In this document: one piece after another, positions 1-9,108 of the stretch
How the letters are laid out: every line of letters begins with the position of its first letter
Position numbering within the stretch: position 1 is the stretch's first letter
Assembly (NCBI GenBank): GCA_030612025.1
Contig: JAUWOR010000003.1
Span: 101,492-165,491, forward strand
Direction of reading: 5' to 3'
Origin: Dehalococcoidia bacterium
GTDB lineage: Bacteria; Chloroflexota; Dehalococcoidia; GIF9; AB-539-J10
DNA length: 64,000 nucleotides
Position numbers and translations under genes: made by a program
The notes under the pieces: model-generated
The model's database searches: none
The model's input: only the letters and a program-made list of their open reading frames with translations
Told to the model about the DNA's origin: nothing

Positions 1-819
1 GATTTAATAAGCTTTCTAATCCCTCTTCCTCCCCTCCCAGAGCAGCAAAAAATTGCTGAAATCCTGTCTACTGTTGACGAAGCCATCCAGAAGAGCGATG
101 AGATAATCGAGAAAACCCGGGAGCTCAAGAAGGGCTTGATGCAGCAACTATTAACCCGTGGCATTAGCCACACCAAATTTAAGCAAACCGAAATCGGCGA
201 GATTCCTGAGGAGTGGAAGGTGGTGAGGCTGGGAGAGATCACTGAAATAATTGGAGGAGGGACTCCTTCAACAAGGGATAGTCACTATTGGAATGGGAAT
301 ATACCCTTTGTAATACCAACAGATATAACCAATTTAAGAAATAATTACTTGGAAAGGACTGAAAACTACATTACAGAAGAAGGCCTAAAGAATAGTTCAG
401 CGAAATTATTACCAGTTGGGACTGTTTTGCTTACAAGCAGAGCAACTATAGGCTTTTGTGCAATAAACAAGATTCCAGTAGCAACAAATCAAGGGTTTGC
501 TAGTTTAATTTGTGGGGAAAGAGTCTTAAATTCTTACATCTTGTATTCTATGAGATTTATTACGAACAAGTTAGAATCTCTTGCTTCTGGAAGCACGTTT
601 AGAGAGGTATCAAAAACAACTCTCAAAAGTCTCAAACTCCCTCTCCCTCCATTCCTCGAGCAGCGAAAAATCGCTGAAATCCTCTCAACCGTGGACGAGA
701 AAATAGAAGTGGAAAGGCGGAGGAAGGAGAAATTAGAGGAGCTTAAGAAGGGTTTGATGCAAGTTTTGCTAACAGGCAAAGTTAGAGTTACAGGGTCGTT
801 AGAGTCTGTAGAGTCATAG
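1..819 (+). CDS. hsdS: Type I restriction-modification specificity subunit (5'-partial)
   Basis: Frame is open from base 1 (IPLPPLPEQQKIAEILSTVD...KKGLMQQLLTRG); second TRD and repeated conserved region (LPPFLEQRKIAEILS...KKGLMQVLLTGKVRV). Confidence 0.95.
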   Translation, partial: DLISFLIPLPPLPEQQKIAEILSTVDEAIQKSDEIIEKTRELKKGLMQQLLTRGISHTKFKQTEIGEIPEEWKVVRLGEITEIIGGGTPSTRDSHYWNGNIPFVIPTDITNLRNNYLERTENYITEEGLKNSSAKLLPVGTVLLTSRATIGFCAINKIPVATNQGFASLICGERVLNSYILYSMRFITNKLESLASGSTFREVSKTTLKSLKLPLPPFLEQRKIAEILSTVDEKIEVERRRKEKLEELKKGLMQVLLTGKVRVTGSLESVES

Positions 820-926
820 AGTTTATGGGGGCAAGAGTCTAAGTTATGGGGGTAATTAAAAGGTTTAAGGTAGGAAAAGTGGGTTAAAAAATGGTTTCTA
901 ACTCTCGACTCTCGACTCAACAGACT
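782..926. repeat. Inverted short tandem-repeat arms (AGAGTC-like ... GACTCTC-like) at the hsdS/hsdR junction
   Basis: gttagagtt/gttagagtc/gtagagtc/atagagtt upstream; ctaactctcgactctcgactcaacagact downstream. Confidence 0.6.
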
Positions 927-929
927 GGT

Positions 930-3782
930 ATGTATACTGAAGCTGGCATTGTCGAAAAACCCATCATTGCATGGCTTCAGGAGCTTGGCTGGAGATATAC
1001 GCCGTCTTCCAATCTTCGTCGAACTCCAGAGGAGCCCTTCGAATTTGCTACTTTAAGGAAAGCCATTACCAGGCTTAATCTTGGCGTTATCGAAACCGAT
1101 GAAGCGGTGGAGCGGGTTGTTTCCAAGCTGCAGCGTCTATCTAACGATATATCTGGAAATAAGGAGTTCTTAGATTGGCTTAAGGGTGAGAAGAGTATCA
1201 TTTTAAAGCCAGGACAGAAAGCAAAGACCGTCAGGCTCATTGATTACGAGCATGTTAACAGTAACTCCTTTGTAGTAACCAACCAGTTCAGGTTTTCTGG
1301 ATATGAAACTCGCAGGTTTGATATCGTCCTTATGGTTAACGGCATCCCTTTGGTCATTATTGAAGCCAAGAAACCTACAGCAACTTATGACTACACCGAA
1401 GCTATGAAGCAGCTCCTGCGTTATCACAGAGAGGCACCGCAAATCTTCAAATATCTCGCCTTTGTTTGTGCCACCGATGGCATGACATTCAAATATAACT
1501 GGGTGGATGAAAATAATTACTCCTACTGGAAAAATCCAGCTTTCTTTGACCCTGTTGAAGGAGCAGCAAAGGGATTATTTGCTCGCCGAGGGTTTCTGGA
1601 CATGGTTAACAACTTTATCGTCTTTGAAAAGACAAAGGAGGAGCTTACCAAGAAGATAGCCCGATATCAGCAAGTCTCAGCAGCCAATAAGGTTGTAGAA
1701 CGAGTTTTGAAAGGTAAGCCTAAAACTGGCTTGATATGGCATACTCAAGGCTCGGGCAAGACCCTAACTATGCTTTTTGCCGCCTGGAAATTGAAGAAAA
1801 TACCAAGATTGAGAAACCCCACTATTTTAGTGGTGGTGGATAGAATTGAACTTGAAAGCCAGCTTTCCGGCGTATTTAAGAATGTCGAGCTTCCCTACAC
1901 CGCTAAAGCTGAAAGTATCCAGGATTTGAAAAAGAAGCTCGCCAAGGATAGCCGAGAGGTCATCATCACCACCGTGCAAAAATTTGAAGGGGTGGAAACT
2001 ATTCTTAACGAGAGGGAAAACATCGTAGTCTTTGTTGATGAGGCTCACCGAACTCAATACAGTCTCCTCGCTGCCTCGATGAGAAAAGCCTTGCCTAATG
2101 CTCTAATCTTTGGCTTCACCGGCACGCCCATTGACAAAGGTCCGACTGGAAAAAGTACCTTCCGCACTTTCTGCTCCAGGGGAGAAAAATATCTGGACAA
2201 ATACCCCATTGGGCAATCCATCGCTGATGGTTCAACGGTTCCAATCTACTATCTCCCTCGCCTGGTTTCTTATCATATAGATAAAGAGACTTTAGACCGG
2301 GAATTTTTCAGCCTCACTTCGGACCTCACCGACGAGGAACAAGAAAGGGTGATGGAAAGGACCACCAAACTAAAAGAGGTCCTAAAGTCAAAAGACCATG
2401 TGGAAAAGGTAGCCAAAGACATTGCCGAGCACTTCAAAGCTCATGTCGAACCGAATCGCTTTAAAGCTCAATTAGTCGCCGTAGATAGGGAGGCTTGTGC
2501 TTTATATAAGGAAGAGCTGAAGAAGCATCTACTCGATGAGTGGTCAGTGGTTATCTACACACCAGCACAAAACGATAGCGAGCTACTAAAAAAATACCAC
2601 CTGCCAAAGGAGGAGCAATTAAGAATCGCCAGAGTTGATTACCAAAAGCAGGATGAGAATCCCAGAATTCTAATTGTCACCGATATGCTTCTTACCGGCT
2701 TCGATGCTCCTGTTGAGCAAGTGATGTATTTAGACAAGCCCCTAAGAGACCACAAGCTACTTCAAGCTATTGCCAGAACCAATCGTCCCTATCCCCACAA
2801 AGAAGGCGGCATCATTGTTGATTATATCGGCATTTTCGACAATCTTATGAAGGCTCTGAACTTTGAGCAAGAGGATATTGAAGGAGTTGCCTTCAACTTT
2901 GATGAGCTGAAGGACAGATTCAGACAGATTATCTCAGAGTTGCTGCGATTGTTCAAACATGTAAAACGAGATGGCTCTAGAGCCTCCCTGCTTAAAGCTA
3001 TCAGGGTTTTGGAAAATGAGGAAAATCTGAAATCGTTCAAGGGGAAATTGACTATCCTCGAAAGGCTTTTTGAGACCATATCTCCTGACCCCTTTGTGCT
3101 GCAATTCAAAGACGATTACCTCTGGCTAATTCAGGTCAATGAAGCCTATAACAAGTTTATAAGGCGGGAAGAGAAGCCTCTTTATACTCATGAAGAGAAG
3201 ACAAAGGAACTTATCAGACAGAATGTCAAAGTCGACCAAGTGGGCAGCATTCCCATGCTGAAAATTGACAGGACTTATCTGAAACAGCTTGAAGGTCTCG
3301 GCTATTCTGAAGAAGAGCAAATAATAGAGATGAAACAAGCTATCACTTACCACATAAAGATAAACATTGAGAAAAACCCTGTCTATGAGACGCTGAGCCA
3401 AAGACTGGAGCGAATCCTGAAAGAAAAGGATGGCTGGAGACTTCTGGAATCGCTGAAGGCGTTAATCAAGGAAATTAACGAAATAGAAGACAAAGCCAAA
3501 AGGCTCAATCTTTCTCCTGAAGAATACGCTCTACTCGAGGTTTTGAAGAGGTACTTTCTTGATATGGATGAGGAGAGAGGTGCTGAATTTGCCCAAAGCC
3601 TTTTTGGCAAAGTTGGACCGGAGCTATTTCCAGGTTGGCACGAGAAAAAACAGGTGGTCCAAGAAATTGAAAAGGAGCTTTTTGATGAATGCTTTGCGGA
3701 ATTCTTTGGGAAAATCAGTAATAGACAAATTGCTGCTATGTCGGAGCAGATGACCACTTATTTGACGAGATTCGATATCTGA
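930..3782 (+). CDS. hsdR: Type I restriction endonuclease subunit R
   Basis: Nuclease motif DIVLMVNGIPLVIIEAK, Walker A HTQGSGKT, DEAHR, FTGTP, QAIARTNR; start placed at ATG 930 (ORF track starts at 891). Confidence 0.95.
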   Translation: MYTEAGIVEKPIIAWLQELGWRYTPSSNLRRTPEEPFEFATLRKAITRLNLGVIETDEAVERVVSKLQRLSNDISGNKEFLDWLKGEKSIILKPGQKAKTVRLIDYEHVNSNSFVVTNQFRFSGYETRRFDIVLMVNGIPLVIIEAKKPTATYDYTEAMKQLLRYHREAPQIFKYLAFVCATDGMTFKYNWVDENNYSYWKNPAFFDPVEGAAKGLFARRGFLDMVNNFIVFEKTKEELTKKIARYQQVSAANKVVERVLKGKPKTGLIWHTQGSGKTLTMLFAAWKLKKIPRLRNPTILVVVDRIELESQLSGVFKNVELPYTAKAESIQDLKKKLAKDSREVIITTVQKFEGVETILNERENIVVFVDEAHRTQYSLLAASMRKALPNALIFGFTGTPIDKGPTGKSTFRTFCSRGEKYLDKYPIGQSIADGSTVPIYYLPRLVSYHIDKETLDREFFSLTSDLTDEEQERVMERTTKLKEVLKSKDHVEKVAKDIAEHFKAHVEPNRFKAQLVAVDREACALYKEELKKHLLDEWSVVIYTPAQNDSELLKKYHLPKEEQLRIARVDYQKQDENPRILIVTDMLLTGFDAPVEQVMYLDKPLRDHKLLQAIARTNRPYPHKEGGIIVDYIGIFDNLMKALNFEQEDIEGVAFNFDELKDRFRQIISELLRLFKHVKRDGSRASLLKAIRVLENEENLKSFKGKLTILERLFETISPDPFVLQFKDDYLWLIQVNEAYNKFIRREEKPLYTHEEKTKELIRQNVKVDQVGSIPMLKIDRTYLKQLEGLGYSEEEQIIEMKQAITYHIKINIEKNPVYETLSQRLERILKEKDGWRLLESLKALIKEINEIEDKAKRLNLSPEEYALLEVLKRYFLDMDEERGAEFAQSLFGKVGPELFPGWHEKKQVVQEIEKELFDECFAEFFGKISNRQIAAMSEQMTTYLTRFDI

Positions 3783-3784
3783 GG

Positions 3785-4459
3785 ATGACAATGCCGGTAT
3801 TAGAGGTAAACGGGAAGAGAATTACTTGCGATATTAAGCGTAAGGATATTCGCCATGTTTATTTAAAGCTTAACCCAAACCTTCGACTGGAGGTCAGCCT
3901 TCCTTACAATGCGGATGTAAGTGCCGATAGCATCTTGGAGAAAAAGCGCCCCTGGATTGAGAGAAAGGTTAAAGAGATATCCGAGGCAAAGAGGATTTTC
4001 AATGACGATTCAGTTCTGTATAAAGGGGAATACATCAGGGTAAAAGCTTATGCAGCAAGGAAACCTAGTAAGGGAGTAAGGCTATATAGGAAAGTTATCT
4101 TTGTTTATGAAGACTCTGAGAAGAAAAGAGATGAGATTCTAATTGATTTCATAACTAGGCAGACACTTGAATATATTCAACAGAAGGCAGCGGAATTCGC
4201 CAAGAAATTAGGGGTAACTTACAATCACATCTCCCCGAGAGAGACGAAAAGATGGGGATATTGCACCAGAGAGGGGAATCTTTTCTTCAACTGGAGACTC
4301 ATATGCTTGCCTCAACGCTTGGTTGACTATATTATCCTTCACGAATTCCTTCACTTAAAACATTTCAACCACTCAAAGCAATTTAAGAAAGATATCGCTA
4401 GGTATTTCCTAGATTATAAAGAGCTTGAGGTGATGTTAAGGAGCTATATTGCAAATTGA
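3785..4459 (+). CDS. M48/YgjP (DUF45) family metallopeptidase, commonly downstream of hsdR
   Basis: RWGYC, FNWRLI, DYIILHEFLHL (HExxH), NHS motifs. Confidence 0.85.
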   Translation: MTMPVLEVNGKRITCDIKRKDIRHVYLKLNPNLRLEVSLPYNADVSADSILEKKRPWIERKVKEISEAKRIFNDDSVLYKGEYIRVKAYAARKPSKGVRLYRKVIFVYEDSEKKRDEILIDFITRQTLEYIQQKAAEFAKKLGVTYNHISPRETKRWGYCTREGNLFFNWRLICLPQRLVDYIILHEFLHLKHFNHSKQFKKDIARYFLDYKELEVMLRSYIAN

Positions 4460-4480
4460 GTATTATGAGGAGAGAAGTTG

Positions 4481-4567
4481 ATGGGGCTGAATTACTTTCT
4501 CTTTAACACTTCGCTGGGGTGGATGGGAATCCTGGGCTCGCAAGATGGACTAAGGAAGCGAAATTGA
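4481..4567 (+). pseudogene. 5' fragment of a methylated-DNA-protein-cysteine methyltransferase (Ogt-like)
   Basis: SD gaggag, then MGLNYFLFNTSLGWMGILGSQDGLRKRN*; resembles the Ogt N-terminal domain and stops before the PCHR catalytic domain. Confidence 0.5.
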
Positions 4568-4575
4568 GACTAAAA

Positions 4576-7500
4576 CTACGTGAGCCGTTGCTCAAACCTT
4601 AAATTGCCTTCACCCAATATACTGCTCAATTCACTTGCTAGTTCAGGGCAGTAGTTTACAGTTATTTCAGGCATATCCAGGTTAGTTATCTCATCCTCAA
4701 CAATGATAGCGAGAGAGACTCTATCCTGCCCAGGATAGCTTTGTAGGATACTAATAACCTTGCGTAGGCACTCGATATCCTCTTCGGCATTGCCTGTCTG
4801 GTTGAGGTTTATTATAAGATGGCGCCGTTCACCCTCACCCCCTCCTTTTGAGGGAGAGGGTGTATCTTGAGGCTGGTAGCGCTGTGCTTGCTGGCAATTT
4901 AACTGCACTCTTCCATCTCTTACCTTCACTAACCCTTTAACCAAGAGGATATTGCCTTCCTCCCATAGCTCTTTAGTGTTTTCATAAAGCCCTGGCCAAG
5001 TGATAACTTGCACACTGCCATCCAAGTCCTCAAGCGCCGCAATAACAAAGGGGCGTTTATCACGAGTATAAGCATGACGCACTGAGGCCACCATCCCAGC
5101 AATTACTACCGTTTCATTAGCCATATCAGTACTGATTTCACTACAGGAAATGAGATTGCTTCGCTGCCCCTTCGCTGTGCTCAGGGCTTCGGCTCGCAAT
5201 GACTGGGCTAGGGAATCAAGAGGCGACGAGGAGAAATAAACGCCCAATAATTCTCTTTCCCAATCCAGCTTTTGCTTAGTAGATACATCTTCACCTTTTT
5301 TTATCTCTGGATCGAGAACAAAAACAGGGGATGTCAAATCAAACAGGCTCACTTGTCCCGACTCTTTCATTCGTTGCTCCATTTGAGCTAAGGAGACAAT
5401 CTTGTTAATTGATTTAAGAAGCGCCCCCCGACTACCCAAGGAGTCAAAGGCACCAGCTTTAATCAAGCTTTCCAAGACCTTCTTATTAATATTACGCAAA
5501 TCGACTCGATGGCAAAAATCCTCGATAGACTTGAAAACACCCCCTTGCTTGCGGGCAGACAAGATACACTCAATAGGTGAAGGGCCGACATTTTTGATAG
5601 CAGCTAGCCCAAAACAGATCGCTACCTCAATGGCAAAGTTAACCTGGCTCTTATTAATATCTGGAGGAAGCACCTGAATACCCAACCTGCGGCATTCAGC
5701 TACCGCTGAGCGAACCTTCTCCATATTATCCCAATAAGTGTTAAGGAAAGCAGTCATGTATTCGGTGGGATAGTTTGCCTTAAGATAGGCACCGCGATAG
5801 GCAATGAGGGCATAGCTTACACTATGAGCTTTATTGAAGGCATAGCCAGCAAAGGGCTCGATTAAGGAAAATACCTCCTTAGCCAATTCCGTCGGTATAC
5901 CCTTCTTGTTGGCTCCGGCAATGAAGTTCTTTTCTTCCTTCTTCATCACCTTTGGTATCTTTTTTCCCATGGCTTTACGGAAGATATCAGCCTGTCCCGG
6001 GCTGTAGCCAGCTAGAGCCTGGGCAATAAATATTACCTGCTCCTGATAGACAATGACTCCGTAGGTTTCCTCTAGGATTTCCTTTAAGGCTGGGTGAGGA
6101 TAATGAACCGGAATAACCCCTTGCTTGGCTTTGATGAAAGTAGGAATCTGTTCCATTGGTCCCGGGCGGTAAAGCGCTACCATGGCAGCGATATCGCTGA
6201 AATTGGTGGGCTTAAGTTCTTCTATGTAGCGGCGCATGCCACTGCCTTCTAGTTGGAAGATACCTTTAGTTTCTCCCGAAGCAAGCAGCTTGAAAGTCTT
6301 GCTATCATTGAGAGGGATACTTGGCAAATCTATAGAGATTCCGCGTTTTTCCTTTACGGTCTCCGTGGCTTTAGCCAAAATGGTCAAATTGGATAGCCCC
6401 AGGAAATCCATTTTTAAGAGTCCGAGGCGAGCAATGTTTTCCATATGGAACTGAGTCATAACAGCATGCTGCTTTCCTTTGCCTACTAGCTGCAAAGGTA
6501 CATACTCAGTTAAGGGGTCGTGTGATATAACAACACCGGCAGCATGGGTGCTGGCATGTCTGACGAGGCCTTCCAACTTCCTGGCCGAATCAATTAAGTT
6601 GCGTACTGTCTCATCCTGACAATAGATTTCGTTAAGCTCCTTGCTCTCTTCCAGGGCCCTGCCCAAGGTTATAGTTAACTCTAAAGGAATAATTCGAGCC
6701 ACTCGATCAACCTGGCTATAAGGCAGGCCTAAAGCCCGTCCAGTATCTCTTAACGCCGCTCTAGCCCCCATGGTGCCAAAGGTAATGATTTGAGCTACAT
6801 GGTTAGTGCCATATTTCTGGTTGACATAAGTCAAAACTTCATCACGACGGTCATCTTGGAAATCGAGGTCAATATCGGGAAGTTCAACCCGCTCCACATT
6901 AAGGAAGCGTTCAAACACAAGCTCGTAAGCTAAAGGATCGATGTTGGTGATGCCAAGGCTGTAAAGAGCCAAGCTAGCAGCAGCACTCCCCCGAACACCA
7001 AAGTGGATGCCTTGGCTTCGGGCAAAGGAGGTGATATCCCAAACAACGAGGAAGTAATCGGCAAACCTTGTTTTTTGGATGACTTCGAGTTCGTAGCTAA
7101 GACGTTTCTTGATCTGAGGGGTCAGTTCTGAGTAACGCTTTTCCAGCCCTTGCCAACAAAGCTCAGCCAAGAAATCATCTGCTGTTCTGCCTTCTGGTGG
7201 CGTCACCTTAGGCAGATGAAGCTTGGTGAAATCCAATTCCAGTTGACACATATCAGCAATGCGCTGGGTATTCTCTATGGCTTGAGGCAGGTCGCTGAAG
7301 AGTTGCTCCATTTCCTCAGGGCTTTTGAGATAAAAGAAATCGCCAGCCATCTTTAGTCTTTTTTCATCGTGTATAGATGCATTGGTCTGTATGCACAGCA
7401 GAAGTTCATGAGCAGGGGCATCTTTCTTATCAATATAATGGACATCAGTAGTAGCCACGGGCGGTATGTCAAGCTTGTTGGATAAGGAAACAAGCTCCCG

Positions 7501-8055
7501 ATTAATTTGTTCCAGCTCAGGAATTGGGTGTCTCTGAATCTCTAGATAGTAGTCAGCAAAGGTTTCCTTATACCAGGAAGCCGCCAGAGCAGCTTCGTCA
7601 ATTCGCCCTTCCAGAATAAGTCGAGCTAGTTCTCCATGGGTGCAGCCGGAAAGAACAATGAGTCCATCACGGTGAAGCTTTAGAAGTTCCTTATCTATTC
7701 TAGGCTTATAGTAAAATCCCTCAAGGTAGCTTTTGGTAACTAATTGAATTAAATTATGGTATCCTTTTTTATCCTTAACCAGTAGAGTAAGATGATATGG
7801 ATTTTTATATTTAGGATCTCGACTATGGCAATCGGTTTGAGCCACATAAACTTCACATCCAGTGATCGGCTTTATCCCTGCTTCCTTAGCTGCCAGATAA
7901 AAATCAATGACACCATACATCGCCCCATGGTCAGTAATAGCCAGGCTGTCCATGCCCAAATCCTTGGTCCTGGAAACAAGCTGGGGAATGCGGCACATAC
8001 CATCAAGCAAGCTGTATTCCGTATGAAGATGGAGGTGGGTAAACTTCTGCGGCAT
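4576..8055 (-). CDS. dnaE: DNA polymerase III alpha subunit
   Basis: PHP domain HLHLHTEYSLLDG, GRGSAA-like RGSAA, PDIDLDF, FNKAHS, OB fold. Confidence 0.98.
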   Translation of the reverse strand: MPQKFTHLHLHTEYSLLDGMCRIPQLVSRTKDLGMDSLAITDHGAMYGVIDFYLAAKEAGIKPITGCEVYVAQTDCHSRDPKYKNPYHLTLLVKDKKGYHNLIQLVTKSYLEGFYYKPRIDKELLKLHRDGLIVLSGCTHGELARLILEGRIDEAALAASWYKETFADYYLEIQRHPIPELEQINRELVSLSNKLDIPPVATTDVHYIDKKDAPAHELLLCIQTNASIHDEKRLKMAGDFFYLKSPEEMEQLFSDLPQAIENTQRIADMCQLELDFTKLHLPKVTPPEGRTADDFLAELCWQGLEKRYSELTPQIKKRLSYELEVIQKTRFADYFLVVWDITSFARSQGIHFGVRGSAAASLALYSLGITNIDPLAYELVFERFLNVERVELPDIDLDFQDDRRDEVLTYVNQKYGTNHVAQIITFGTMGARAALRDTGRALGLPYSQVDRVARIIPLELTITLGRALEESKELNEIYCQDETVRNLIDSARKLEGLVRHASTHAAGVVISHDPLTEYVPLQLVGKGKQHAVMTQFHMENIARLGLLKMDFLGLSNLTILAKATETVKEKRGISIDLPSIPLNDSKTFKLLASGETKGIFQLEGSGMRRYIEELKPTNFSDIAAMVALYRPGPMEQIPTFIKAKQGVIPVHYPHPALKEILEETYGVIVYQEQVIFIAQALAGYSPGQADIFRKAMGKKIPKVMKKEEKNFIAGANKKGIPTELAKEVFSLIEPFAGYAFNKAHSVSYALIAYRGAYLKANYPTEYMTAFLNTYWDNMEKVRSAVAECRRLGIQVLPPDINKSQVNFAIEVAICFGLAAIKNVGPSPIECILSARKQGGVFKSIEDFCHRVDLRNINKKVLESLIKAGAFDSLGSRGALLKSINKIVSLAQMEQRMKESGQVSLFDLTSPVFVLDPEIKKGEDVSTKQKLDWERELLGVYFSSSPLDSLAQSLRAEALSTAKGQRSNLISCSEISTDMANETVVIAGMVASVRHAYTRDKRPFVIAALEDLDGSVQVITWPGLYENTKELWEEGNILLVKGLVKVRDGRVQLNCQQAQRYQPQDTPSPSKGGGEGERRHLIINLNQTGNAEEDIECLRKVISILQSYPGQDRVSLAIIVEDEITNLDMPEITVNYCPELASELSSILGEGNLRFEQRLT
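4829..4862. repeat. Palindromic CCCTC...GGGAGAGGG element in frame within dnaE
   Basis: caccctcaccccctccttttgagggagagggtg encodes TPSPSKGGGEGE; relatives at 60674 and 61740. Confidence 0.65.
5152..5203. repeat. GAGATTGCTTCG...CTCGCAATGAC palindromic element in frame within dnaE
   Basis: Matches intergenic copies at 8074 and 60724; encodes SLRAEALSTAKGQRSNL. Confidence 0.8.
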
Positions 8056-8073
8056 TTTTTAAATTATAGCACA

Positions 8074-8146
8074 TGTCATTGCGAGCGAAACGAAGCAATC
8101 GCTCACTCCTCCGAGATTGCTTCTGCATTTTATGCCTCGCAATGAC
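8074..8146. repeat. REP-like palindrome pair TGTCATTGCGAG...CTCGCAATGAC between divergent genes
   Basis: tgtcattgcgagcgaaacgaagcaatc ... gagattgcttc...cctcgcaatgac. Confidence 0.85.
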
Positions 8147-8158
8147 CAGGAGTAAAGG

Positions 8159-8881
8159 TTGAAAATCGCTAAAGTTGTTGCTTATTGGCTATTTATAATT
8201 TGCGTTCCCCTTCTGCTCCTTACCAGCACTGTTCGCCTGGGGGTGAATAGCATGCGCCTCTACGAGTATGGCTTCGATAGATATGGTGTAAGCGAAGATA
8301 CCGGGATAGACAGGGAACAGTTAGGCAATGTGGCAAAAAGGCTTGTTGACTACTTTAATTTTAGGGTAGAGACACCTCAAACGATGGTAGTTATTGAGGC
8401 TGAGGAAGAGATTCCGCTGTTTCAGGAAGATGACCAGAACCGCGAACTTACTCATCTCGCAGATGTCAGGCGGCTATTTCAATTTAACCATCGAGTTCAG
8501 TTAGCAAGCCTTGCCTATATCATTATCTATAGCCTAATGTCATTGCGAGGGAAACGAAGCAATCTCAAAAGATGGAAAAGGGGCCGCTGGCAAGATTTAG
8601 CTAAAGGAGTAAGGAACGGATGTGCTCTTGCTTTGGCTCTCATAGCTGTGCTGGGCATCGCCTCAATTCTTATTGACTTTGAGCAATTATTTGTCCAGTT
8701 CCACTATGTTGCCTTTGACAATCCATGGTGGATGAGTTCGGGCTATCTCCCCAAGCTGTTTCCTGAGCAGTTTTGGCAGGACATCGCCTTCTTGGGCGCC
8801 GGGGTTATAGCCGCCGAGGCTTTGCTTCTAGGCGGCATTGCCTGGGCAGCTCCTTTTATTTACCAAAAACATAAGCAGTGA
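8159..8881 (+). CDS. Integral membrane protein, TIGR01906/DUF1461 (Lit-like) family
   Basis: ELTHLADVRRLF, FEQLFVQFH, LPKLFPEQFW motifs; several TM helices. Confidence 0.8.
   Translation: MKIAKVVAYWLFIICVPLLLLTSTVRLGVNSMRLYEYGFDRYGVSEDTGIDREQLGNVAKRLVDYFNFRVETPQTMVVIEAEEEIPLFQEDDQNRELTHLADVRRLFQFNHRVQLASLAYIIIYSLMSLRGKRSNLKRWKRGRWQDLAKGVRNGCALALALIAVLGIASILIDFEQLFVQFHYVAFDNPWWMSSGYLPKLFPEQFWQDIAFLGAGVIAAEALLLGGIAWAAPFIYQKHKQ
8538..8566. repeat. TGTCATTGCGAG half-element in frame within the DUF1461 gene
   Basis: tgtcattgcgagggaaacgaagcaatctc encodes MSLRGKRSNL. Confidence 0.75.
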
Positions 8882-9108
8882 GTCAAATCTTTTAATTGCA
8901 ATCAGCGCGGGGAGTGTATTATCATGCCTTAAATGATTACAGAGAGGTTTTTTCTCAAATTCGAGTAAAGCCACACCGGAAAAGGGGAAGCAATACCCCG
9001 AATATATGGCGGGTAATTTAGTTAAATTTATCGACTGGCTTCGCCGGTATGAAGGTCATATTGGCTGGATATGACAACATTAATTTTGCCAGAGCAGTGA
9101 ACTTAAAT

